The position numbers and the translations under genes were made by a program. Below the pieces are notes generated by a model. It saw only the letters and a program-made list of their open reading frames with translations. It searched no databases and had not been told where the DNA came from. Below are positions 56,545-64,000 of a stretch of DNA of 64,000 nucleotides, one piece after another. The DNA is taken from positions 20,464 through 84,463 of the forward strand of contig CAIKAC010000023.1 in assembly GCA_903825305.1 (NCBI GenBank), in the 5' to 3' direction. The DNA is from an uncultured Actinomycetes bacterium. GTDB taxonomy: Bacteria; Actinomycetota; Acidimicrobiia; Acidimicrobiales; RAAP-2. Each line of letters opens with the position of its first letter. The first letter of the stretch is position 1.

Positions 56545-57599
56545 GCCGGATACGCGCTGATCTCTCCGCGATGGAGGGATATCACAGTGCTCAAGTAGAG
56601 GTGGCGGTGCGTCTCAACACCAACGAGTCGCCGATCGGCCTTCCTGAGCAGTACTCGGTCGCCTTGTCGCAAGCCGTTCTTGGTCAAGCGTTACACCGCT
56701 ATCCGGATCGCCAAGCGATTGCCTTGCGAACTGCGATTGCCAATATCGAGGGAGTGGACCTTTCGGAAATCTACGCCGCCAACGGTTCCAATGAGGTCAT
56801 CGAGAATCTCCTTCTGGCATTTGGTGGAGCCGGGCGATCAGCGCTGGTCTTTGAACCGAGTTATGCCCTTCACGCTCACTTGGCCCGAACAACGGCCACA
56901 GAGGTGATCGAGGTGGAGCGTCGTGATGAATTCTCACTCGACGCTCAATTGGTGGGGTTATCGGTCGCCAAGCACCAACCAGCCATTACCTTTTTGTGCT
57001 CTCCGAATAACCCCACTGGCGAAGTTGTGGACGCCAGCGTGGTCAATGCTGCGCTTGCCAACGGCCCGGGACTAGTGGTCGTGGACGAGGCCTACGTACA
57101 ATTTGCCGATTTCTCGGCAATGGCTGTACGTAATGAACAGAACCGCGATCGTTTGGTTATTCTTCGAACCTTTTCCAAAACCTGGGCCCTCGCCGGCATT
57201 CGGCTCGGGTTCTGCATCGCATCACCAGAAATAGTCTCAGGACTCGACATCGTGACCCTGCCGTATCACCTGTCAAATCTGACGCAGTTAGCTGGCGAAT
57301 TGGCGCTCGGTTTCTTGGACGATATGGCATCGCGCGTGGCCATGATTATCTCAGAACGTGAGCGAATTAGCGAAGCGTTGCTGGCCCTCGGTTTTCACGT
57401 ATGGCCAAGTCACGCGAACTTCGTCTTGTTTCGGCCACCAGACGGACAAGGGCACGCTCTCTGGGAGTCCCTAGTTCGTAGTTCAGTACTCGTTCGAGAT
57501 TGTTCAAGCTGGCCCAGGCTTGAAGGTTGTTTGCGGGTGACGGTTGGTACCCACGAAGAGAACAGTCGATTTCTTGAAGCCCTGAAGGAGGCATCATGA
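56541..57599 (+). CDS. hisC: histidinol-phosphate aminotransferase
   Basis: LNTNESP, YPD, NGSNEVI, CSPNNPTG and the FSKTWALAGIRLG PLP-lysine motif. ATGA overlaps on both sides. Confidence 0.9.
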   Translation: MSRIRADLSAMEGYHSAQVEVAVRLNTNESPIGLPEQYSVALSQAVLGQALHRYPDRQAIALRTAIANIEGVDLSEIYAANGSNEVIENLLLAFGGAGRSALVFEPSYALHAHLARTTATEVIEVERRDEFSLDAQLVGLSVAKHQPAITFLCSPNNPTGEVVDASVVNAALANGPGLVVVDEAYVQFADFSAMAVRNEQNRDRLVILRTFSKTWALAGIRLGFCIASPEIVSGLDIVTLPYHLSNLTQLAGELALGFLDDMASRVAMIISERERISEALLALGFHVWPSHANFVLFRPPDGQGHALWESLVRSSVLVRDCSSWPRLEGCLRVTVGTHEENSRFLEALKEAS

Positions 57600-58189
57600 C
57601 GAGAAGCGCGTCCACGAGTCGAAGCACGAAGGAAACGACGATTTCTGCGTCGCTTGATTTGGATGGCAGCGGCAATGCGTCAATTGCCACCGGTATTTCC
57701 TTCTTTGACCACATGTTGGAGCAGATTGCTCGTCATGGCAGCTTTGATTTGACCATTGAAGCGTCGGGAGATTTGCACGTCGATACTCACCACACCATTG
57801 AAGACGTGGGCATAGTGCTCGGCGAACTCATTGCTACCGCCCTGGGTGACAAAGTTGGTATTGCGCGGTACGCATCTCGCGTCGTCCCCCTTGACGAAGC
57901 AGCTGTCGAGGTAGTGCTTGACGTATCGGGAAGACCCTATGTCGTCTACGAGAGCGACTTCCCGGCCGACACACCTGGCCTCGGGTCACCACCTTTTGAC
58001 CCGCAATTGGCGGAAGAATTCTTTCGTGCTGTGGCGGGAAGCGGGGGCTTGACCCTGCACGTCATCAGGCAACGGGGCAAAAACGTGCATCACATCATTG
58101 AGGCCACGTTTAAGGGTTTCGCCCGAGTCCTTCATGATGCGACGCGTATTGTCAACACGCAATTGCCCTCCACCAAAGGCTCACTGTAG
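57596..58189 (+). CDS. hisB: imidazoleglycerol-phosphate dehydratase
   Basis: TKETTISASLDLDG, FFDHMLEQIARHG, GDLHVDTHHTIEDVGI, and NVHHIIEATFKGFARV. Confidence 0.95.
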   Translation: MTRSASTSRSTKETTISASLDLDGSGNASIATGISFFDHMLEQIARHGSFDLTIEASGDLHVDTHHTIEDVGIVLGELIATALGDKVGIARYASRVVPLDEAAVEVVLDVSGRPYVVYESDFPADTPGLGSPPFDPQLAEEFFRAVAGSGGLTLHVIRQRGKNVHHIIEATFKGFARVLHDATRIVNTQLPSTKGSL

Positions 58190-58200
58190 GTCGTCGTTGC

Positions 58201-58806
58201 GTGATTCACATCGTCGATTACGGGATTGGCAATTTGCGCTCAGCCGAGAAGGCACTTCAGCACTCGGGAGTCAACGCCCGACTCGTTGACGATCCTCGCG
58301 AGCTTGCTTCTGCTACTGCCGTTGTGCTGCCCGGCGTGGGTAGTTACGGCACCTGCATCGCTGCGCTTGATGCGTCGGGGTGGCGAGAACCCATTCTCGA
58401 GGTGCTCGGCGCCGGGGTGCCGTTTTTGGGCATCTGCGTAGGGTTCCAAATGCTCTTTGAGGGATCTGAAGAATCGCCCGATGCTCGTGGCCTCGGTGTG
58501 GTGAGAGGTCAAGTGCGCAAGCTTGAAGGCGCACCTAAATTGCCTCACATTCAATGGAATCGTCTTGATATCGAGCGATCATCGCGTCTGTTTCCAGTAG
58601 ATCTCGACGAGCAGTGGATGTATTTCGTCCACTCCTACGCGGCTCCGGTAACTGCAGAGACGGTGGCTACTGCGACCTATGGTTCAACGTTTAGTGCAGC
58701 GATTGAGCGAGACAACATTATGGGCGTGCAATTTCATCCCGAGAAATCTGGCAGTCAGGGCCTCGCTATGTTGGCCCGTTTCGCCGCCATGACTGGAGAG
58801 ATCTAG
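58201..58806 (+). CDS. hisH: imidazole glycerol phosphate synthase glutaminase subunit HisH
   Basis: IVDYGIGNLRSAEKAL, LPGVGSYG, GICVGFQML, and HSY...GVQFHPEKS. Confidence 0.9.
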   Translation: MIHIVDYGIGNLRSAEKALQHSGVNARLVDDPRELASATAVVLPGVGSYGTCIAALDASGWREPILEVLGAGVPFLGICVGFQMLFEGSEESPDARGLGVVRGQVRKLEGAPKLPHIQWNRLDIERSSRLFPVDLDEQWMYFVHSYAAPVTAETVATATYGSTFSAAIERDNIMGVQFHPEKSGSQGLAMLARFAAMTGEI

Positions 58807-59528
58807 TGGAACTCCTTGCAGCCATTGATTTACGAGGCGGCCAAGCAGTTCGCCTGCTTCAAGGCCGTTACGAAGATGAGACGACTTATGGGGATCCAGT
58901 CGCCCTCGCTCAGAGTTTCATCGACCAAGGTGCTTCGTGGTTGCATCTGGTGGATCTCGATGCAGCTCGAGATGGAGGACAAGCGAACCGTCCCATCATC
59001 AAAGAAATAGCCGCGATGAGTCACCTTCCCGTCGAAACCGGTGGGGGTGTGAGAAGCGTGGCCGATGTGGCTCAGCTCGTCGACGCTGGGGTGCAGCGAG
59101 TCATCGTGGGTACTGCAGCCCTCATGGATCCCGACGAATTTACCGCGATGGTTGCGGCCTTCCCAGAGCACGTAGCCGTAGGTCTTGACTACCGGATTAA
59201 GGGTGCCATGCGTGAAGTTGCCGTGCGGGGTTGGCTTGAAGGCGCTGGGCGAGATCTCCTTGATGCCCTTCGTCAGGTGGAGCAAGCTGGTGCGACGGCG
59301 GTCATCACGACGGCGATCGACCGTGATGGAACCTTGCAAGGCCCAGACCTTGACGGCCTACGAGCAGCAATGGACCTGGCCGCCATTCCGGTGATCGCTT
59401 CAGGTGGCGTTGGATCGCTTGATGACCTGACGGCTTTGCGTGAAGCGGGATGCCCTGGGGTGGTCGTCGGCAAGGCTTTGGTGGAAGGAGCCTTTTCGGT
59501 CGGCGATGCGGTAGCGCGATGCAGGTAG
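58806..59528 (+). CDS. hisA: phosphoribosyl isomerase HisA, probably the dual-substrate PriA type common in actinobacteria
   Basis: [24 protein letters not shown], and [12 protein letters not shown]. No trpF is seen among the adjacent trp genes, so PriA is an inference. Confidence 0.85.
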   Translation: MELLAAIDLRGGQAVRLLQGRYEDETTYGDPVALAQSFIDQGASWLHLVDLDAARDGGQANRPIIKEIAAMSHLPVETGGGVRSVADVAQLVDAGVQRVIVGTAALMDPDEFTAMVAAFPEHVAVGLDYRIKGAMREVAVRGWLEGAGRDLLDALRQVEQAGATAVITTAIDRDGTLQGPDLDGLRAAMDLAAIPVIASGGVGSLDDLTALREAGCPGVVVGKALVEGAFSVGDAVARCR

Positions 59529-60289
59529 TTCGTGTGATCCCGTGCCTCGACGTTACCGACGGTCGAGTGGTCAAGGGCGTGCAATTTGTCGATCTTATTG
59601 ACGCAGGTGATCCCGTTGAACTGGCTCGACGTTATGCGGCAGAGGGTGCAGACGAAATTACCTTTCTTGACATCACCGCATCGTCTGATGGGCGAAGCAC
59701 CATGGTGGATGTGGTTCGTCGGTGTGCCGAAGAGGTCTTCGTGCCGTTAACGGTGGGTGGGGGGGTACGCAGCGTCGAAGACGCTCGCTTGCTCTTGCGA
59801 GCTGGGGCCGAAAAGGTTGGCATTAACTCAGCCGCAGTAAACGACCCATCGCTAATCACGGCCATTGCGGACGAGTTCGGATGCCAATGTGTGGTGGTGG
59901 CCATCGACGTTCGTCGCTCGGCACAGGGTTATGAGGTCTACACCCACGGTGGTCGCAGCGCCACGGGTCTCGATGCCCTTAGGTGGGTTGAGGAGGTCTG
60001 TGATCGTGGAGCTGGAGAATTGCTGGTTACTTCCATGGACCGCGATGGAACCAGAGAGGGCTATGACCTTGCATTACTCAGAGCAGTTTCGGATATTTCT
60101 TCGGTACCCCTCATCGCTTCTGGAGGCGTAGGCGGTCTTGACGACTTGGTTCGAGGTGTGAGTGAAGGCCACGCGGATGCAGTGTTGGCGGCATCCATTT
60201 TTCACTTACAAGAAGCGACGATTCAAGAGGCGAAGGACCAACTCGCTAAGGCTGGATTGAAGGTTCGACCACCAAGTGCCTCCAAGTAG
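59519..60289 (+). CDS. hisF: imidazole glycerol phosphate synthase cyclase subunit HisF
   Basis: [27 protein letters not shown], and IASGGVG. The ATG at 59519 overlaps hisA by 10 nt; the longer ORF from 59450 has a junk-like N-terminus. Confidence 0.95.
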   Translation: MQVVRVIPCLDVTDGRVVKGVQFVDLIDAGDPVELARRYAAEGADEITFLDITASSDGRSTMVDVVRRCAEEVFVPLTVGGGVRSVEDARLLLRAGAEKVGINSAAVNDPSLITAIADEFGCQCVVVAIDVRRSAQGYEVYTHGGRSATGLDALRWVEEVCDRGAGELLVTSMDRDGTREGYDLALLRAVSDISSVPLIASGGVGGLDDLVRGVSEGHADAVLAASIFHLQEATIQEAKDQLAKAGLKVRPPSASK

Positions 60290-60299
60290 TTTGTAGACC

Positions 60300-60632
60300 A
60301 TGGCAACCGCACAATCCCATGCATATGAACATGTCAGTGTTCTGTTTGATCGAGTCATGGTGAAACTAGATGGACCTGAAGGCGAGCGTCGCAGTAGGGC
60401 TGGCATTTTGATTCCAGCAACGGCCCAGATGTCGCGTCGTCTCACCCAGGCAACCGCTGTGGCCATCGGACCACATGTGAGAGCCGTCAAGATCGGGGAC
60501 GAAGTGTTCTTCAATCCTGAAGATCGCTTCGAGATTGAGATTGACGGAGAAGAATTCGTGGTGCTTCGAGAGAGGGATATCCACGCGGTGAAAGCAGCGC
60601 CCGAGGTGGGCGGAACAGGACAGTATCTCTAA
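60300..60632 (+). CDS. Cpn10/GroES-family paralog (110 aa) lacking the roof hairpin, with a C-terminal extension ending in GQYL
   Basis: Aligns by eye with M. tuberculosis and E. coli GroES: FDRVMVK vs [15 protein letters not shown] vs [18 protein letters not shown] vs GTVVAVGPG, and [32 protein letters not shown] vs [32 protein letters not shown]. It starts 10 nt after hisF and has a TAATG overlap with hisI. Confidence 0.7.
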   Translation: MATAQSHAYEHVSVLFDRVMVKLDGPEGERRSRAGILIPATAQMSRRLTQATAVAIGPHVRAVKIGDEVFFNPEDRFEIEIDGEEFVVLRERDIHAVKAAPEVGGTGQYL

Positions 60633-60997
60633 TGGATGTGGTGACGCAGGGTGAATTGATGGACCTTGTGGTCTACGACGATAAGGGCCTCGTTCCCGCC
60701 GTCGTGCAAGGTCTCGACGGAACGGTCTTGATGGTGGCGTACATGAACGAAGCATCCCTTGAGCTCACGATTTCATCCGGGCGAACTTGGTTCTATTCGC
60801 GAAGTCGCCAAGAACTGTGGCCCAAAGGCGAGACCTCTGGTGAAGTGCAGCTCGTCAAGGAACTACGAATTGATTGTGATGGGGATTGCCTATTAGTAGT
60901 TGTTGAGCAACTCGGGGGCGGAGCATGTCACACGGGTGCCGTTTCGTGCTTTTTTCGCTCCCTTGACGGTGATTCGGTAGCGTCATCAGATGCTTGA
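60632..60997 (+). CDS. hisI: phosphoribosyl-AMP cyclohydrolase
   Basis: [35 protein letters not shown], and [22 protein letters not shown]. Confidence 0.9.
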   Translation: MDVVTQGELMDLVVYDDKGLVPAVVQGLDGTVLMVAYMNEASLELTISSGRTWFYSRSRQELWPKGETSGEVQLVKELRIDCDGDCLLVVVEQLGGGACHTGAVSCFFRSLDGDSVASSDA

Positions 60998-62504
60998 GCT
61001 TGGCGTCACCCCCTCTCGCGAGGAGTTCCATGCCTTGGCGCAAGAGCACAACATCGTTCCTGTATTGGCTGAATTCATCGCTGACACAGTGACGCCGGTC
61101 GGCGTACTCATGGCTCTTGAATCCGAAGGTGACACTTTTTTGCTCGAATCTGTCGAGGGTGGCGATCGATGGGGCCGCTACTCGTTCGTCGGCTGTAAGC
61201 CGCTAGCGACCATCATCGCGAGAGACGGTGCCGTATCGATAGATGGTCCATTATTGGCGACCAAGGGACCGAGCATGCTGGGCGTGCTTGATGAATTGGT
61301 GGGGTCACTGCGCGTGGCTCCGGTACCGGGAATGCCGCCGCTTCATAGTGGATTTGTCGGAGCGCTGGGTTGGGAAACCGTTCGCGAAATCGAGCGCTTG
61401 GAGTCCTCGTCGATTCGAGAATCATCTCTGTTCGACTCAGCGATGATGTTGATAGGCGATGTGGTGGCTTTTGATCACTGGCGCCAAAGCGTCACCTTGT
61501 TGTCCAATGTACTCATCCCCGAGAATGCGAATCAGGCACAACTCGACCAGGCGTATGATGCCGCACTTGAGGCGATTGCGTTTCTCTTCGAACGTTGCGG
61601 CAATACGGATGTGCCGCTTGTGGCCAGTATCGATGTGTCGCACTCAGGGACAGCGGTTGCAACACCCCGCATTGATTCAGATGAATACCAGCAGTGGGTG
61701 AATGCGGCGAAGGACTTGATTCATGCTGGTGACATCTTCCAAGTTGTGCTTTCGCAGCGTTTTGACATTGTGGATACGGTGGATCCGCTGGCGGTCTATC
61801 GAGCGCTTCGCCTGTTGAATCCCAGCCCATACCTATATTTCTTTGCGTTACAGGGTGTTCACATTGTGGGCTCCTCGCCAGAAGCCATGGTTCGAGTTCG
61901 AGATGGCGTCGCCATATCGCGACCAATTGCCGGTTCTCGACCTCGAGGCGCCACGGACGAAGAGGATGTTCGCTTGTCGGGAGAGCTCCTTGAAGACCCC
62001 AAGGAGATCGCCGAACACGTCATGCTGGTGGATCTAGCCCGAAATGACTTGGGCCGTATTTGTGATTTCGGCTCCCAACACGTGGATGAGTTGATGGTCA
62101 TCGAGCGCTATAGCCACATCATGCATCTCACCAGCCAGGTTTCTGGTCGCGTTAAGGATGGACTGTCGCCAGTTGATGTGCTGAGGGCAACATTTCCTGC
62201 GGGCACTTTGTCAGGCGCCCCAAAGGTTCGAGCCATGGAAATCATTGAAGATCTAGAGCCCTCCCATCGGGGCCTCTATGGCGGTGCTGTTGGTTACATT
62301 GACCTTTCAGGGAACCTCGATATGGCCATCGCGATTCGCACCATGGTGGTAGACGACCAAGGCGCTGCATCGGTGCAGGCCGGGGCCGGCATCGTGGCCG
62401 ATTCGGATCCCCTGTCTGAAGATCGAGAATGTCACGCTAAATCAGCAGCAATTTTGGCGGCTGTGGCAGTCTCAAAAGCCTTCGAAGGAACTGCTCAACG
62501 ATGA
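60990..62504 (+). CDS. trpE: anthranilate synthase component I
   Basis: [54 protein letters not shown], and [10 protein letters not shown]. Overlaps hisI by 8 nt. Confidence 0.95.
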   Translation: MLELGVTPSREEFHALAQEHNIVPVLAEFIADTVTPVGVLMALESEGDTFLLESVEGGDRWGRYSFVGCKPLATIIARDGAVSIDGPLLATKGPSMLGVLDELVGSLRVAPVPGMPPLHSGFVGALGWETVREIERLESSSIRESSLFDSAMMLIGDVVAFDHWRQSVTLLSNVLIPENANQAQLDQAYDAALEAIAFLFERCGNTDVPLVASIDVSHSGTAVATPRIDSDEYQQWVNAAKDLIHAGDIFQVVLSQRFDIVDTVDPLAVYRALRLLNPSPYLYFFALQGVHIVGSSPEAMVRVRDGVAISRPIAGSRPRGATDEEDVRLSGELLEDPKEIAEHVMLVDLARNDLGRICDFGSQHVDELMVIERYSHIMHLTSQVSGRVKDGLSPVDVLRATFPAGTLSGAPKVRAMEIIEDLEPSHRGLYGGAVGYIDLSGNLDMAIAIRTMVVDDQGAASVQAGAGIVADSDPLSEDRECHAKSAAILAAVAVSKAFEGTAQR

Positions 62505-63328
62505 GCATCACCTCGCCGGGCGCGTGGGCCACGTTGCAACGAGGCGTGGTGCGCGTTAGCGGTTCTGGCGCTCAGGCATATCTTCAATCACAGCTCAGTC
62601 AAGATCTCACAAGCTTGGCAGACGAGGCCGCTTGCTGGGCGTTGCTTCTCTCGCCAGAAGGTCGACTTGGCTTTCTGGTGAGAGCAGTCAAAGTCCGAGA
62701 CACTGACTGGTTGGTACTTGGGCCTCGAGGGGCTGATGACGCGATCAAGGCAAGGTTGAAGCGCTTTGCCATCCGCGTTGATGCCACCTTCGAGCTCGAA
62801 ACCTGGTGGCACCTTGTGGTGGGTCCAAATACGCAAGAGGTTGCTGGCAGTTTTGCTATCCCCTCCGCATTGGAAAGCTATGGATGTTCTGAATGGCTTA
62901 CTGCTGAGGAAGTGAGCCTTGGTGGCGACCGAGAGGACTACGAGCGTGCGATGCAGCAACATCTCGCGCTGCCAAGCATTGACGACAGCGATGTCCGCGA
63001 GTCAATGGTCCCCGCAGAGCTAGGCCCGTCGGTAATGGCTCAGGCGGTGTCTTTCACCAAAGGTTGCTACCCTGGCCAAGAATTGGTGGCACGCATTGAT
63101 GCGCGCTCAGCATTGCCGCCGAATCCAGTTGTGGGAATCGAGGCTTCGCTAGCGCTCAATGACGGTGAGGAGATTCTGGTTGGCTCAGATGTCGTGGGCT
63201 CTGTCCTCGGCACGTTGGTGAGCAATGGCGAAGGTTCGTGGCGTGGTCTTGGTGTCGTGAAGCGATCTGCGGTGGCCGAGCGGCTTGCGTACCGGGCTGG
63301 CACTCTTCAAACTTTGCCCCTCGTTTGA
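62501..63328 (+). CDS. ygfZ: YgfZ/CAF17-type folate-binding protein (GcvT-like fold)
   Basis: VRVSGSGAQAYLQSQLSQDL N-terminus and the family signature FTKGCYPGQELVARIDARS. ATGA overlap with trpE. Confidence 0.75.
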   Translation: MSITSPGAWATLQRGVVRVSGSGAQAYLQSQLSQDLTSLADEAACWALLLSPEGRLGFLVRAVKVRDTDWLVLGPRGADDAIKARLKRFAIRVDATFELETWWHLVVGPNTQEVAGSFAIPSALESYGCSEWLTAEEVSLGGDREDYERAMQQHLALPSIDDSDVRESMVPAELGPSVMAQAVSFTKGCYPGQELVARIDARSALPPNPVVGIEASLALNDGEEILVGSDVVGSVLGTLVSNGEGSWRGLGVVKRSAVAERLAYRAGTLQTLPLV

Positions 63329-63365
63329 GCCCAATTCAGGCGACGAGCGCCACTACGCTGGAAAA

Positions 63366-64000
63366 GTGGCAACCTACCTCGACTCCATCCTGGCGTATCA
63401 CCGTGATCAAGCCGCAAGCGATGCCCGGGATGCAGATGCCTTACGCGAACAAGCACTGGGGTGTGGACGTTCTCGCCCCTTTGCAGCCAACCTCAGGTCA
63501 GAAGGGTTATCGGTAATCGCGGAGCTCAAGCGCCAAAGCCCGTCAAAAGGAATCCTTGGAGGTGCCATCGACGCGGCAACGGTTGCCGCTGAGTATGAAC
63601 GAGGTGGCGCTCGAGCTATCAGTGTGCTCACCGATGAACCTCACTTTGGTGGCAGCGCCCGAGACGTAATCACGGTTAAGGCGTCCTGTGAGTTGCCTGT
63701 ACTTCGTAAGGACTTTTGCGTCGATATTCGCCACATCTATGACGCCAAGATCATGGGAGCCGACGCCATTTTGCTCATCGTTGCGGCTCTCGAGCAGCAC
63801 GAACTTCAAGAGATGGCACAAGTGGCAAGAGACGTCGGTGTGGCGGCACTGGTGGAGGTTCACGATGAGGACGAAGCACGACGAGCACTTGATATCGGCG
63901 CGGACATTATCGGGGTGAACCAACGTGATCTGGTTACGTTCACGGTTGATCATGAGCGAGCATGTCGCGTGGCTGCATCACTGCCTTCTTCGGTCATTCG
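63366..64000 (+). CDS. trpC: indole-3-glycerol phosphate synthase (partial, runs off the window end)
   Basis: I translated this myself because it is not in the ORF track: VATYLDSILAYHRDQAA...LSVIAELKRQSPSKG...ISVLTDEPHFGGS...PVLRKDF...GADAILLIVAAL...VEVHDEDE...IGVNQRDL. The GTG start at 63366 is tentative. Confidence 0.85.
   Translation, partial: MATYLDSILAYHRDQAASDARDADALREQALGCGRSRPFAANLRSEGLSVIAELKRQSPSKGILGGAIDAATVAAEYERGGARAISVLTDEPHFGGSARDVITVKASCELPVLRKDFCVDIRHIYDAKIMGADAILLIVAALEQHELQEMAQVARDVGVAALVEVHDEDEARRALDIGADIIGVNQRDLVTFTVDHERACRVAASLPSSVI

Noticed and set aside
1-64000. A scan for CRISPR arrays, IS elements, prophage genes, toxin-antitoxin pairs and known defence-system genes.
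   Set aside because: I recognised none. Essentially every ORF over 100 aa that is not antisense to a known gene is assigned either to a housekeeping or metabolic family or to a small hypothetical membrane protein.

Overview
The window is a compact (~57% GC), almost fully coding chromosomal segment from an actinobacterium. That assignment is an inference from three things. Gene order matches Mycobacterium closely (thrS-HIT-pgsA1-acyltransferase-pimA, pdxST, yebC, ruvCAB, yajC-secDF, relA, hisS, aspS, rarA, alaS, ruvX, mltG, aroE, then a his-trp supraoperon). Mycothiol genes mshC and mshD are present, and there is an F420-type reductase. The moderate GC and extreme compaction suggest an Acidimicrobiia-like lineage. 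I saw no rRNA, CRISPR array, IS element, integrase or prophage, and one tRNA (Val-CAC). Most of the window is housekeeping. The most interesting item is a Cpn10/GroES paralog translationally wedged between hisF and hisI (60300-60632). It has lost the roof hairpin and carries a short flexible tail ending in GQYL, the motif that Mpa/ARC and Bpa(PafE) use to dock on the heptameric alpha ring of the 20S proteasome. This suggests a heptameric proteasome cap that has not been described. Other points worth a second look:
- a TetR-linked lipid operon with a fatty-acyl-reductase::HAD-IB fusion, a Zn-ADH, a LarA-like protein and an acyltransferase-like gene
- an FAD-oxidoreductase/DUF1365/CFA-synthase trio resembling the furan fatty acid module
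- an M48-like protein whose HEXXH motif reads HLLAH
- two SEDS genes with no adjacent PBP, converging on a BFN-nuclease gene
- a YgfZ gene inside the trp genes
- six convergent gene pairs whose stop codons overlap in a 4-nt NTAN box
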